Shown piece by piece: positions 45,123 to 55,396 of a stretch of DNA of 64,000 bases (its first letter is position 1; every line of letters begins with the position of its first letter). The notes beneath the pieces were generated by a model, which was given only the letters and a program-made list of their open reading frames with translations, had not been told where the DNA came from and did no database searches. The translations under genes and the position numbers were made by a program. The DNA comes from Escherichia coli (GTDB lineage: Bacteria; Pseudomonadota; Gammaproteobacteria; Enterobacterales; Enterobacteriaceae), in NCBI RefSeq assembly GCF_044647545.1, contig NZ_CP172818.1; one strand, written 5' to 3'.

Positions 45123-46211
45123 TCAGGCTTTAAACGATTCCACTTTTTCGAACGCTGCACGCAACGTATCCGGTGTCAGCGTGACCGGCAGGTAATGAAT
45201 GGATTCCACCGGACGTAAGGTGTGGGCAATCACTTTGTCGATCTCCGCCTGATTATTGATATCCACTTCCAGCTCCGCCAGCGTAGTCGGCAGATGAAAA
45301 CGCTGATACGCTCCAGTTAATTGCGCCAGCACATCATCCTGACCCAGCAAGGCGCTTTGCACCAGAATTCCGTAGGCGACTTTGGTGCCGTGGAGAAACT
45401 TCTCGGTTTGCGGCAGCACGGTCAGACCGTTATGCACGGCATGAGCTGCCGCCACACGCGTAAAACGATCGCCCAGACCACCAACCATCCCACCACCAGC
45501 AATAATGGCATCCACCACATCGCAAAATGATTGCGTTAACTGGTGATTTTGCTGATCGCTCAGCGCCTGTTCGCTACTGTTTAACAAGACGTCGCGAATG
45601 GCCTGCGCATTATTGATCCCCAGTCGCACGGTTAGCGGCAACGTTTCTGGTTGCGGGGCCAGCACCACCGCTTCATACCATTTCGCCAGCGTGTCACCGA
45701 TCCCCGCCAGCAGATATTGTTGCGGCGCGTTGAGGATAATCTCCGGTTCCACCAGCACCATAAAATTGGCGTCGTCGAAAATCTCATAATGCAGCGCCTG
45801 TCCGGCATCGTTATACCAGACAGAGAGCGGTGTCCAGGCGGCGCAGGTAGCGGCGATCGTCGGAACGGCAACAAATGGCAGACCGAGACGGCGGGCGAGG
45901 GCTTTCGCGGTGTCGAGCAGTGCGCCGCCGCCGACGCCAATCACCACGTTGCGATCGTCAGCGGATTCAGCCGCCAGTTGCTGTACATCGCTTTCGCTGC
46001 AATGACCACGAAACAAAATATGCTTTGCCCCTGGCAGTTCAAACGCTGGCGGCAGTTTGGTTTGCGCCGCAGCAATGGCGCGTTCGCCGTAGATCCACAC
46101 CGCGCGAGAAAGCTGTTCATCAGTGAAAAAATCGTGCAGGTGATTGAAACTTCCTGGATGTGAAAAGTAGTTAGCCGGGCCGACGACCACGCGGATAGGA
46201 TTGTGAGGCAT
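45123..46211 (-). CDS. ybdH: Iron-containing alcohol dehydrogenase family protein (hydroxycarboxylate dehydrogenase)
   Basis: 362-aa ORF with glycerol-dehydrogenase-like fold features (GGGSxxD-type region VIGVGGGALLDTAK). Confidence 0.88.
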   Translation of the reverse strand: MPHNPIRVVVGPANYFSHPGSFNHLHDFFTDEQLSRAVWIYGERAIAAAQTKLPPAFELPGAKHILFRGHCSESDVQQLAAESADDRNVVIGVGGGALLDTAKALARRLGLPFVAVPTIAATCAAWTPLSVWYNDAGQALHYEIFDDANFMVLVEPEIILNAPQQYLLAGIGDTLAKWYEAVVLAPQPETLPLTVRLGINNAQAIRDVLLNSSEQALSDQQNHQLTQSFCDVVDAIIAGGGMVGGLGDRFTRVAAAHAVHNGLTVLPQTEKFLHGTKVAYGILVQSALLGQDDVLAQLTGAYQRFHLPTTLAELEVDINNQAEIDKVIAHTLRPVESIHYLPVTLTPDTLRAAFEKVESFKA

Positions 46212-46319
46212 GTTGTGTTGTCCTTATTGTTTTATTTAGACATCTAAACGTCTTGATTGCCAAATACTAGCATCGTGTTATAGTGCCTTCAACACGCAAC
46301 TTCATCAGGCACAATAAAA

Positions 46320-47480
46320 ATGACAAATAACCCTCTGATTCCACAAAGCAAACTTCCACAACTTGGCACCACTATTTTCACCCAGATGAGTGCACTGGCG
46401 CAGCAACACCAGGCGATTAACCTGTCGCAAGGCTTTCCTGATTTTGATGGTCCGCGCTATTTGCAGGAACGGCTGGCGTACCACGTTGCCCAGGGGGCAA
46501 ACCAATACGCACCCATGACCGGCGTGCAAGCATTACGCGAGGCGATTGCTCAGAAAACGGAACGGCTGTATGGCTATCAACCAGATGCCGACAGCGATAT
46601 CACCGTAACAGCAGGGGCGACGGAAGCGCTATACGCAGCGATTACTGCATTGGTTCGCAATGGCGATGAAGTGATTTGCTTTGATCCCAGCTATGACAGT
46701 TACGCGCCCGCCATCGCGCTTTCTGGGGGAATAGTGAAGCGTATGGCACTGCAACCACCGCATTTTCGCGTGGACTGGCAGGAATTTGCCGCATTGTTAA
46801 GCGAGCGCACCCGACTGGTGATCCTCAACACCCCGCATAACCCCAGTGCAACTGTCTGGCAGCAGACTGATTTCGCCGCTCTGTGGCAGGCGATTGCCGG
46901 GCACGAGATTTTTGTCATTAGCGATGAAGTTTACGAGCACATCAACTTTTCACAACAGGGCCATGCCAGCGTACTGGCGCATCCGCAGCTGCGTGAGCGG
47001 GCGGTGGCGGTGTCATCGTTTGGCAAGACCTATCATATGACCGGCTGGAAAGTGGGTTATTGCGTTGCGCCAGCGCCCATCAGTGCCGAAATTCGCAAGG
47101 TACACCAGTATCTGACCTTTTCGGTGAATACCCCGGCACAGCTGGCACTTGCGGATATGCTACGTGCAGAACCTGAGCATTATCTTGCGTTACCGGACTT
47201 TTATCGCCAGAAGCGCGATATTCTGGTGAATGCCTTAAATGAAAGTCGGCTGGAGATTTTACCGTGCGAAGGTACATACTTTTTGATGGTGGATTACAGC
47301 GCCGTATCTACGCTGGATGATGTTGAGTTTTGCCAGTGGCTGACGCGGGAGCACGGCGTAGCGGCGATTCCGCTGTCGGTGTTTTGCGCCGATCCCTTCC
47401 CACATAAACTGATTCGTCTCTGTTTTGCCAAGAAGGAATCGACGTTGCTGGCAGCAGCAGAACGCCTGCGCCAGCTTTAG
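46320..47480 (+). CDS. ybdL: PLP-dependent methionine aminotransferase
   Basis: 386-aa class I/II aminotransferase; PLP-lysine context SSFGKTYHMTGWKVGY visible. Confidence 0.9.
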   Translation: MTNNPLIPQSKLPQLGTTIFTQMSALAQQHQAINLSQGFPDFDGPRYLQERLAYHVAQGANQYAPMTGVQALREAIAQKTERLYGYQPDADSDITVTAGATEALYAAITALVRNGDEVICFDPSYDSYAPAIALSGGIVKRMALQPPHFRVDWQEFAALLSERTRLVILNTPHNPSATVWQQTDFAALWQAIAGHEIFVISDEVYEHINFSQQGHASVLAHPQLRERAVAVSSFGKTYHMTGWKVGYCVAPAPISAEIRKVHQYLTFSVNTPAQLALADMLRAEPEHYLALPDFYRQKRDILVNALNESRLEILPCEGTYFLMVDYSAVSTLDDVEFCQWLTREHGVAAIPLSVFCADPFPHKLIRLCFAKKESTLLAAAERLRQL

Positions 47481-48110
47481 TTATTTAACCGTCCAGGCGC
47501 GGGAAAATTGACGGTCGGCAAACAACTCTTGCAGGCCGTTAATTTGCTTCAGGCGCAACACTTCGTCGCTGTCCATTCCCAGCTCTTTGCCAATTTTATT
47601 ATCGTCCCATCCCAACTGGCTGAGTTCTCGGACGATTTCTGACATGGCAGTGATTTGGTGACGTCCACGAGCGCGATTATGACGAATAGTTGCGGCGATG
47701 CGTTGATTACGCGTACCTTCCAGACAGGTCACCGGCAAATAACCTTTTAAGCGTAATTTTAACGATGATGAGCCTTTACCAATTTCATGGCGGTGAAAAC
47801 CATCCACGATTTCCAGGGCATTTTTATCCGTATGCGTGACCACAATGGGTTGGGTAAAACCATCTATTTCAATGGATTTTTTCAGCAGTTTTTTTTCGGG
47901 TGGTGCCACGTTGTTTGGGTTGTAATCATTAGGCATAAGTTGGCTGTTTTTAACCCACAGAACGCAATCCACTGGCTCTTCACGAAAGGGGCTAACCTGA
48001 TGGATCGCCATGCGGATTTCATTAATCGCTTTGATGCGATCATCTTCCGGCAAGCTGGCGAGAAATTGGGTTAAATCCTGCGTTAATCGTTGTTGCATAG
48101 TATCCCCCAT
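47481..48110 (-). CDS. ybdM: ParB/sulfiredoxin-like domain protein (IbrB-like)
   Basis: 209-aa ORF containing EIVDGFHRHEIG (DGxHR ParB/Srx-type motif); start overlaps the ybdN stop by 28 bp; its stop abuts the convergent ybdL stop. Confidence 0.8.
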   Translation of the reverse strand: MGDTMQQRLTQDLTQFLASLPEDDRIKAINEIRMAIHQVSPFREEPVDCVLWVKNSQLMPNDYNPNNVAPPEKKLLKKSIEIDGFTQPIVVTHTDKNALEIVDGFHRHEIGKGSSSLKLRLKGYLPVTCLEGTRNQRIAATIRHNRARGRHQITAMSEIVRELSQLGWDDNKIGKELGMDSDEVLRLKQINGLQELFADRQFSRAWTVK

Positions 48111-49303
48111 TCCTGACGTTTTCCTTTTATCCGTTCGTTATAACGCTGATAGTTCTTCGCTTTCGTAGGACTAAATGATAATGCCCGGCACCAGTAATCG
48201 TTATTGAGTAAAACTTTGCATATTCGCCGCCAGGAGGGGATATCTTTCGCGCCAATGTCCCCTTGCTGGGTTTGTGGAACTTCGATGCCTTTTTTCTGAT
48301 ACCAGTGCAAATAAATGGCGATTTTATTGCGGTAATGCTCAGCTGTTTTTTCCGGCATGCTATTGAGCAGCAATAATGCATATTCTTGCCAGTCTAAATG
48401 TTCTGGCTTGAGGATTTTCCGATGACCATAAAAATGATTATCATGTCCGGCGTAAATGCCGCCACTTTTTACCCCGCTGACTCGTGCGCACATAGCAGCC
48501 CAGCGATCCGGTTCGATAACGTGATAGAGCCATAATCCTTGCCGTTGCTCCGGGCCAAAAGGTTCGCAAATTCGCATATGACGCAGAGGAACGCCTGCCT
48601 GATACATTATATTATACAGTGGGTTACAGAGCTGTTGATGGTTAGCATACCAGGTCCAGATATCAGCCACTTTCCAGTCGTAGATGGGGTAAATGTACCA
48701 ACTATGACCGCCTGGTGCGGCGGTGGTCCAGGGCTTATCATCGGCAAAACGTTGTTTATTTAAACTGGCGATGGCGACAAAACGGTTGTAGGACTCATCT
48801 GCACGGATGCCGATCATCATCGCCGCCGGACGTTTTTGTGAAAACCATTCAGCAAACTCACGCACAAATTGTTCGAAGGTCATGCCAGGCTGGTAAAAGG
48901 AGAAAAAGTCAGGATCGGTTATCGCATCTTGCGGGGGCTGACGCACCCATTCGACATCAGGTTCCCAGCACTGCCATTCGGGTTGGTATTGAGAAAGGGA
49001 ATTTTGCGTCGTAAGCGGGAGCGCAACCCAGTAAAACTCTTCGATGACATCGGCGTAAAACTCACGTAATGACTGAACATAGTTAATAGTGCATGAGAAC
49101 TGCGCTTCCCAGTCGATAAACAAAACGCAGATTTTTTTGCCCATTTGTCGGGCAATTTCGGCGGTCAGATGCAGCATTAATCCGGAATCTTTACCACCCG
49201 AAAAAGAAACGCAGACACGGGGTAGGGTATTAAGTGTCCAGGTAATACGTTCTTTTGCAGCTTCCAGAATATTCAGTGGAAGCGGGATTTTATAAATAGA
49301 CAT
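48083..49303 (-). CDS. ybdN: PAPS-reductase-like PP-loop ATP pyrophosphatase family protein (IbrA-like)
   Basis: 406-aa ORF with N-terminal PP-loop VSFSGGKDS (SGGxDS) typical of the PAPS reductase / DndC superfamily. Confidence 0.85.
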   Translation of the reverse strand: MSIYKIPLPLNILEAAKERITWTLNTLPRVCVSFSGGKDSGLMLHLTAEIARQMGKKICVLFIDWEAQFSCTINYVQSLREFYADVIEEFYWVALPLTTQNSLSQYQPEWQCWEPDVEWVRQPPQDAITDPDFFSFYQPGMTFEQFVREFAEWFSQKRPAAMMIGIRADESYNRFVAIASLNKQRFADDKPWTTAAPGGHSWYIYPIYDWKVADIWTWYANHQQLCNPLYNIMYQAGVPLRHMRICEPFGPEQRQGLWLYHVIEPDRWAAMCARVSGVKSGGIYAGHDNHFYGHRKILKPEHLDWQEYALLLLNSMPEKTAEHYRNKIAIYLHWYQKKGIEVPQTQQGDIGAKDIPSWRRICKVLLNNDYWCRALSFSPTKAKNYQRYNERIKGKRQEWGILCNND

Positions 49304-49449
49304 CTAAAAACGCTCTCTGAACGTTACGGGGTGACTCGTGAGATGAATCCGCTAATTATAGGATAAACGAAGCAAGATAGAGCACATTATTTTATATTCA
49401 CATAATGAATTAATTGATGCGTAATATATTATTTGCCAGTGGTAATGAA

Positions 49450-50352
49450 TCAGAAGCTATCATTTAAACGATCTATGAATCGGGAGAAGACAAGGTTGTT
49501 CAACGAAGCCTTGTTATAGGAAATATAAAGTTTAACCGCAGGAAGAGGTTGTTCCAGTTTTATTTCTTTTAACTTCAAAAAGTCACGATGTAAATTGTAC
49601 AGTTCGGTGGGCACAATGCCTAATAAGTCAGTAACAGAAATACTATTAATTATAGTCATCAAAGAAGAACTGCGAAATGAAACTTTACGGTTCATAAAAC
49701 GTTCATCTATGTCCATTTGAATTTCGTCAATCCCTGCTGATTTAGATATCAACAGGGTGAATTCTTCGGCGATAATTTGTTCATAGTTACTGGTATCGGT
49801 AATACGAGGATGTTTGTTGCTACATATAAGAGAATTGCGAATAGTATGTAACGGCATGCAGATGACAGAGCGGCTAATTACTGGTTGTAGTGTAATTGCC
49901 AGGTCAGTTTTGCGTTGAACCAACAGTTCTTCGGCATTTTCAGCTGAAAGCAGTATGTCATGGCATTCTATATCGATTGAAGTATCTTGTCTAAGACAGC
50001 GGATTAGCATGTTGTTATTAGTACAAGAAATAAGCTGAGGACCGTAGATAATAAAATTTTTCTTTAGCTCAGACTTATTAACAATATTGATCGTTTGTTC
50101 AATGCCTCTGAGATTTTTCTCAAGATGATGATGCAGATTTAACCCTGTCGTAGTCGGCGCGATACCTTTCCCTGAACGAATGAATAACGGGTCATTAAAT
50201 TGCGCACGTAAACGTTGTAACGACTGACTAACAGCAGAGGGCGTTATATATAATGATTCTGCCGCTTTACTAATGCTGAGATGTTGATAAATACATTCAA
50301 ATATGACCAGTAAATTGAGGTCAAATTTTTTTAGATCATAAAGATTCGCCAT
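49450..50352 (-). CDS. ybdO: LysR-family transcriptional regulator
   Basis: Start at MANLYDLKKFDLNLLVIFECIYQHLSISKAAESLYITPSAVSQ (LysR HTH); about 300 aa; markedly AT-rich coding sequence. Confidence 0.8.
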   Translation of the reverse strand: MANLYDLKKFDLNLLVIFECIYQHLSISKAAESLYITPSAVSQSLQRLRAQFNDPLFIRSGKGIAPTTTGLNLHHHLEKNLRGIEQTINIVNKSELKKNFIIYGPQLISCTNNNMLIRCLRQDTSIDIECHDILLSAENAEELLVQRKTDLAITLQPVISRSVICMPLHTIRNSLICSNKHPRITDTSNYEQIIAEEFTLLISKSAGIDEIQMDIDERFMNRKVSFRSSSLMTIINSISVTDLLGIVPTELYNLHRDFLKLKEIKLEQPLPAVKLYISYNKASLNNLVFSRFIDRLNDSF

Positions 50353-50556
50353 AACATACTCCGTTGTATTGTCTCTTCCATAAATCATTCACTTGATCAA
50401 TATTGTTGTTGTATTTATATGTGTTATGTTTTTCTGCTTAACTTTGGATTAAGATTTTCTAAAATAGCATAGCTGTCAGGTGGGTTACGAGCAATTCATG
50501 CTTTTTTAGGATGGTTGAAAAGCAGGAATATATTTCAACCATCCATAAATTATCTT

Positions 50557-51303
50557 TTATTTATTCCCCATAATGATATTAAGCGTTTTCTGATCGGGCA
50601 ACCCCACGGCCTGTTGCAGTGTATTTTCCTTACTCATGTAATAGATAGCTGGCGTGACATTTGCCCCCAGATCGTCCATCAGTTTCTCGTTATCGCTTAA
50701 CACTTTCATTTGCTCTGTACTTACGTTTGCAGGCACGTTTAGTTTAAGCTTGCCACCAGAGGCTTCATATTCTTGCCAGGTTTTTGCGGGATCTTTGGAG
50801 GCAAGAATTGCCGCTGCTGTCGCCGGGCTTTCTGGCTTGATAACGCCAACCAACAATGTTCTTAATTGCACTTTGCCAGAATCTACCCACGGGCGAGCCT
50901 GCTGCCAGAACTGTTTACAATATGGGCAGAACGGATCGGCGAAGACGTAGACAATGACCGGCGCGTCTTTTTTACCGTCGAGGAGCCAGTGGGATTGTTC
51001 CATCCGTTGCCACATTTCGCGTCCGGCGGGTGCGTAAATTTCTTTTTCGATAAGTGTGTTACTCAGGTTTTCACCTTTCTCGTTGTACATGTAACCGGAG
51101 ATAGCGTGCTTACCATCTGGAGTCAGGTAGATGGTGACGCCCATATCCTGATACTTGCCGAGATAACCTTTCATTCCTCCGGGAGCATCGAACGTTTTGA
51201 TGATTGTAATGCCCTGTTTTTCAATCGCTTTTACTGGGGCAGGAAGTTCCTCTGCGAAGGCGATTGCAGGAAGCAGAGCCAGTAAAAGTATCTTTTTTAA
51301 CAT
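50557..51303 (-). CDS. dsbG: Periplasmic thiol:disulfide interchange protein
   Basis: Start at [17 protein letters not shown] (signal peptide), 248 aa; thioredoxin-fold CPYC active site present. Confidence 0.9.
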
Positions 51304-51674
51304 TAATTTGTCCTTTTCAGTCAGTGCAAAAGTCGAGTAAAAGGCATAACCTATCACTGTCATAGGTAAGAGCTTAGATCAGGTGATTGCCCTTTGTTTA
51401 TGAGGGTGTTGTAATCCATGTCGTTGTTGCATTTGTAAGGGCAACACCTCAGCCTGCAGGCAGGCGCTGAAGATACCAAAGGGTAGTTCAGATTACACGG
51501 TCACCTGGAAAGGGGGCCATTTTACTTTTTATCGCCGCTGGCGGTGCAAAGTTCACAAAGTTGTCTTACGAAGGTTGTAAGGTAAAACTTATCGATTTGA
51601 TAATGGAAACGCATTAGCCGAATCGGCAAAAATTGGTTACCTTACATCTCATCGAAAACACGGAGGAAGTATAG

Positions 51675-52238
51675 ATGTCCTTGATTAACACCAAAATTAA
51701 ACCTTTTAAAAACCAGGCATTCAAAAACGGCGAATTCATCGAAATCACCGAAAAAGATACCGAAGGCCGCTGGAGCGTCTTCTTCTTCTACCCGGCTGAC
51801 TTTACTTTCGTATGCCCGACCGAACTGGGTGACGTTGCTGACCATTACGAAGAACTGCAGAAACTGGGCGTAGACGTATACGCAGTATCTACCGATACTC
51901 ACTTCACCCACAAAGCATGGCACAGCAGCTCTGAAACCATCGCTAAAATCAAATATGCGATGATCGGCGACCCGACTGGCGCCCTGACCCGTAACTTCGA
52001 CAACATGCGTGAAGATGAAGGTCTGGCTGACCGTGCGACCTTCGTTGTTGACCCGCAGGGTATCATCCAGGCAATCGAAGTTACCGCTGAAGGCATTGGC
52101 CGTGACGCGTCTGACCTGCTGCGTAAAATCAAAGCAGCACAGTACGTAGCTTCTCACCCAGGTGAAGTTTGCCCGGCTAAATGGAAAGAAGGTGAAGCAA
52201 CTCTGGCTCCGTCTCTGGACCTGGTTGGTAAAATCTAA
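51675..52238 (+). CDS. ahpC: Alkyl hydroperoxide reductase, peroxiredoxin subunit C
   Basis: 187-aa [31 protein letters not shown]… with peroxidatic Cys context FTFVCPTEL. Confidence 0.95.
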   Translation: MSLINTKIKPFKNQAFKNGEFIEITEKDTEGRWSVFFFYPADFTFVCPTELGDVADHYEELQKLGVDVYAVSTDTHFTHKAWHSSSETIAKIKYAMIGDPTGALTRNFDNMREDEGLADRATFVVDPQGIIQAIEVTAEGIGRDASDLLRKIKAAQYVASHPGEVCPAKWKEGEATLAPSLDLVGKI

Positions 52239-52255
52239 TCGCAATCGCGTAATTA

Positions 52256-52283
52256 ATCGGGTGCTGCGGCACCCGATTTTCTT
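52256..52283 (+). terminator. Hairpin with T-tract between ahpC and ahpF (partial terminator / attenuator candidate)
   Basis: Perfect 9-bp stem ATCGGGTGC / GCACCCGAT with 4-nt loop followed by TTTCTT, 18 bp after the ahpC stop; a second imperfect inverted repeat (CATGATGCAAGC…GCTTGCATGATG) precedes the ahpF ribosome-binding site. Confidence 0.45.
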
Positions 52284-52363
52284 CCCCGCACCATGATGCA
52301 AGCTGCATCCAGGTAGCCGCAGAGGCCGCTTGCATGATGATGTTTAAAGCCCAGGAGATAAAC

Positions 52364-53929
52364 ATGCTCGACACAAATATGAAAACTCAACTCAAGGCTT
52401 ACCTTGAGAAATTGACCAAGCCTGTTGAGTTAATTGCCACGCTGGATGACAGCGCTAAATCGGCAGAAATCAAGGAACTGTTGGCTGAAATCGCAGAACT
52501 GTCAGACAAAGTCACCTTTAAAGAAGATAACAGCTTGCCGGTGCGTAAGCCGTCTTTCCTGATCACTAACCCAGGTTCCAACCAGGGGCCACGTTTTGCA
52601 GGATCCCCGCTGGGCCACGAGTTCACCTCGCTGGTACTGGCGTTGCTGTGGACCGGTGGTCATCCGTCGAAAGAAGCGCAGTCTCTGCTGGAGCAGATTC
52701 GCCATATTGACGGTGATTTTGAATTCGAAACCTATTACTCGCTCTCTTGCCACAACTGCCCGGACGTGGTGCAGGCGCTGAACCTGATGAGCGTACTGAA
52801 CCCGCGCATCAAGCACACTGCAATTGACGGCGGCACCTTCCAGAACGAAATCACCGATCGCAACGTGATGGGCGTTCCGGCAGTGTTCGTAAACGGGAAA
52901 GAGTTTGGTCAGGGCCGCATGACGTTGACTGAAATCGTTGCCAAAATTGATACTGGTGCGGAAAAACGTGCGGCAGAAGAGCTGAACAAGCGTGATGCTT
53001 ATGACGTATTAATCGTTGGTTCCGGCCCGGCGGGTGCAGCGGCAGCAATTTACTCCGCACGTAAAGGCATCCGTACCGGTCTGATGGGCGAACGTTTTGG
53101 TGGTCAGATCCTCGATACCGTTGATATCGAAAACTACATTTCTGTACCGAAGACCGAAGGCCAGAAACTGGCAGGTGCGCTGAAAGTTCATGTTAATGAA
53201 TACGACGTTGATGTGATCGACAGTCAGAGCGCGAGCAAACTGATCCCGGCAGCGGTTGAAGGCGGCCTGCATAAGATTGAAACAGCTTCTGGCGCGGTAC
53301 TGAAAGCACGCAGCATTATCGTGGCGACCGGTGCAAAATGGCGCAACATGAACGTTCCGGGCGAAGATCAGTATCGCACCAAAGGCGTGACCTACTGCCC
53401 GCACTGCGACGGCCCGCTGTTTAAAGGCAAACGCGTAGCGGTTATCGGCGGCGGTAACTCCGGCGTGGAAGCGGCAATTGACCTGGCGGGTATCGTTGAG
53501 CACGTAACGCTGCTGGAATTTGCGCCAGAAATGAAAGCCGACCAGGTTCTGCAGGACAAACTGCGCAGCCTGAAAAACGTCGACATTATTCTGAATGCGC
53601 AAACCACGGAAGTGAAAGGCGACGGTAGCAAAGTCGTAGGTCTGGAATATCGCGATCGTGTCAGCGGCGATATTCACAACATCGAACTGGCCGGTATTTT
53701 CGTCCAGATTGGTCTGCTGCCGAACACCAACTGGCTCGAAGGCGCAGTCGAACGTAACCGCATGGGCGAGATTATCATTGATGCGAAATGCGAAACCAAC
53801 GTCAAAGGCGTGTTCGCAGCGGGTGACTGTACGACGGTTCCGTACAAGCAGATCATCATCGCTACTGGCGAAGGTGCCAAAGCCTCTCTGAGTGCTTTTG
53901 ACTACCTGATTCGCACCAAAACTGCATAA
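52364..53929 (+). CDS. ahpF: Alkyl hydroperoxide reductase, flavoprotein subunit F
   Basis: Start at [14 protein letters not shown] (521 aa) preceded by AGGAG; redox motifs CHNC and CPHC and FAD/NAD-binding glycine-rich segments visible. Confidence 0.95.
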   Translation: MLDTNMKTQLKAYLEKLTKPVELIATLDDSAKSAEIKELLAEIAELSDKVTFKEDNSLPVRKPSFLITNPGSNQGPRFAGSPLGHEFTSLVLALLWTGGHPSKEAQSLLEQIRHIDGDFEFETYYSLSCHNCPDVVQALNLMSVLNPRIKHTAIDGGTFQNEITDRNVMGVPAVFVNGKEFGQGRMTLTEIVAKIDTGAEKRAAEELNKRDAYDVLIVGSGPAGAAAAIYSARKGIRTGLMGERFGGQILDTVDIENYISVPKTEGQKLAGALKVHVNEYDVDVIDSQSASKLIPAAVEGGLHKIETASGAVLKARSIIVATGAKWRNMNVPGEDQYRTKGVTYCPHCDGPLFKGKRVAVIGGGNSGVEAAIDLAGIVEHVTLLEFAPEMKADQVLQDKLRSLKNVDIILNAQTTEVKGDGSKVVGLEYRDRVSGDIHNIELAGIFVQIGLLPNTNWLEGAVERNRMGEIIIDAKCETNVKGVFAAGDCTTVPYKQIIIATGEGAKASLSAFDYLIRTKTA

Positions 53930-53959
53930 GAAGAAGTAAGATTCACCTGCAATTGCTTA

Positions 53960-53990
53960 GCCGCCGGGGTCAAACCTGGCGGCTTTTTTA
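53960..53990 (+). terminator. Rho-independent terminator downstream of ahpF
   Basis: GC-rich stem GCCGCCGGGG…CCTGGCGGC followed by TTTTTT, about 30 bp after the ahpF stop. Confidence 0.65.
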
Positions 53991-53995
53991 TTGCA

Positions 53996-54030
53996 TTAAA
54001 AAGCCCTGCAGGGATGGCTCCGGGCAGGGC
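53996..54030 (-). terminator. Rho-independent terminator downstream of uspG (minus strand)
   Basis: Inverted repeat GCCCTGC…GCAGGGC; on the minus-strand transcript it is followed by a U-tract (plus-strand AAAAA at 53998-54002). Confidence 0.5.
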
Positions 54031-54049
54031 GGGATATTTATTCTGGCAA

Positions 54050-54478
54050 TTAACGCACAACCAGCACCGGCAGATTGGCGTGGCGGATCACGCTCGAGGC
54101 GTTAGAACCCAACAGATGAGTTGAAATTGATGGGTTACGCGAACCAATCACTACTACATCTGCATCAAGTTCTTTCGCTAACTCGTTAACTTCATCCCGC
54201 ACACTACCAAAACGGACATGTTGCTTAATGCGGGAAGGATCGATGGTGAAGTGGCTGACCATCGTTTGCAGACGTTCTTCTGCTTCATGTTGCAGATGCT
54301 CTTCAAAACGACGTACATCAGCGGCAAAACGGTGCAGACTCAGGCTGGCGGACCCCGGTAGTACGTGAAGTAGATGAATAACTCCGTCATCCTGGGCGAG
54401 GAATTCAGCGTGGCGAACCGCTTTGTCGCTCAATTCCATTTCGAAAACATCCACTGGCATGATGATTGTTTTGTACAT
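54050..54478 (-). CDS. uspG: Universal stress protein G
   Basis: Start at [26 protein letters not shown] (142 aa); UspA-family fold with C-terminal G-rich nucleotide-binding segment (VVIGSRNPS). Confidence 0.88.
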   Translation of the reverse strand: MYKTIIMPVDVFEMELSDKAVRHAEFLAQDDGVIHLLHVLPGSASLSLHRFAADVRRFEEHLQHEAEERLQTMVSHFTIDPSRIKQHVRFGSVRDEVNELAKELDADVVVIGSRNPSISTHLLGSNASSVIRHANLPVLVVR

Positions 54479-54756
54479 AAGCATTCTCTCCTTGTTTTTG
54501 CATGTTATAAAGAACTAAAGCGTTGTTCAAGGTATAGCACTGCAGCACACAATAATTGCTGCTATGAATATATAAATATGCAGTGATATCGAGAGCTTCG
54601 CTCATATGAGGTTATTCCGCAGATGAATAACCAGTTCAGATTAGAATGCTGCAGCATAAGAGAAAAATGATAAATCTGGATAAATTGATATTTGAGCGGA
54701 AAGAGGATGCGAGTGCATCCTCTGGGCAAAGCGAGTTGTCGCTTGTGCAGATGGGA

Positions 54757-55167
54757 TTAAAGCAGGTAGTCGCCAGCAGCTTCTGGCTGGTATTCGAGTT
54801 CCAGCACTTCAAGGTGGGTTGCAACGCCGCCCGGAAGTTCCCAGTGAATGGAATCGCCAACGCGCAGCCCCAGCAGTGCGGCACCTACCGGAGCCATAAC
54901 GGAAAGCTGAGTATTGCTGTCGGTCATTTTTGCCGGATACACCAGCGTGCGCACACGCACTTCGCCATCGCTAAGATTGCGGAATTTAACCCGGCTGTTC
55001 ATTGTCACCACGTCGTGTGGCATCTCTTCTGGCGAACACATTTGGGCGCGATCCAACTCTGCGTTTAACGCGTCGGCGATTGGCAAACCAGCATAGGCGG
55101 GTTGCTCCAGCAGAATATCGATGCGTTCGGCATCCAGGTCGTTAATGATGATAGTTGGTCTGGACAT
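54757..55167 (-). CDS. rnk: Regulator of nucleoside diphosphate kinase (GreA/GreB-like C-terminal domain)
   Basis: 136-aa [46 protein letters not shown]… recognised as Rnk. Confidence 0.88.
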
Positions 55168-55214
55168 TTTTACTCCATGTCGTCGGTACTGCGAGTGTCG
55201 CAGATAAACATACC

Positions 55215-55250
55215 CAAAAGAAAACCCTCACCGTCAGGCGGCGAGGGTTT
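55215..55250 (-). terminator. Hairpin terminator between rna and rnk (minus strand)
   Basis: AACCCTCACCG…CGGCGAGGGTT inverted repeat; on the minus-strand transcript it is followed by UUUUCUUUUGGG. Confidence 0.5.
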
Positions 55251-55396
55251 AACTCACATGATGATACTGACTGTTGCTCACTCTTTGAAGTGATTTGCGT
55301 CACATTCAGGGAATTCCTCAATGTAGCGCATTATGTATAAATCTTAATCGTCATGGTTTATGGAAGACGAATTAGCGTGTTTTGTAAATCAGAGGA

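Noticed and set aside
54485-54756. Possible small ORFs or sRNA in the 270-bp uspG-rnk spacer (track ORFs 54374-54586, 54405-54605, 54636-54884) and the 228-bp rnk-rna spacer (55102-55340)
   Set aside because: The ORFs overlap each other and flanking genes, have no recognisable domains or clear ribosome-binding sites; the only clear structures are terminator-like hairpins already listed.
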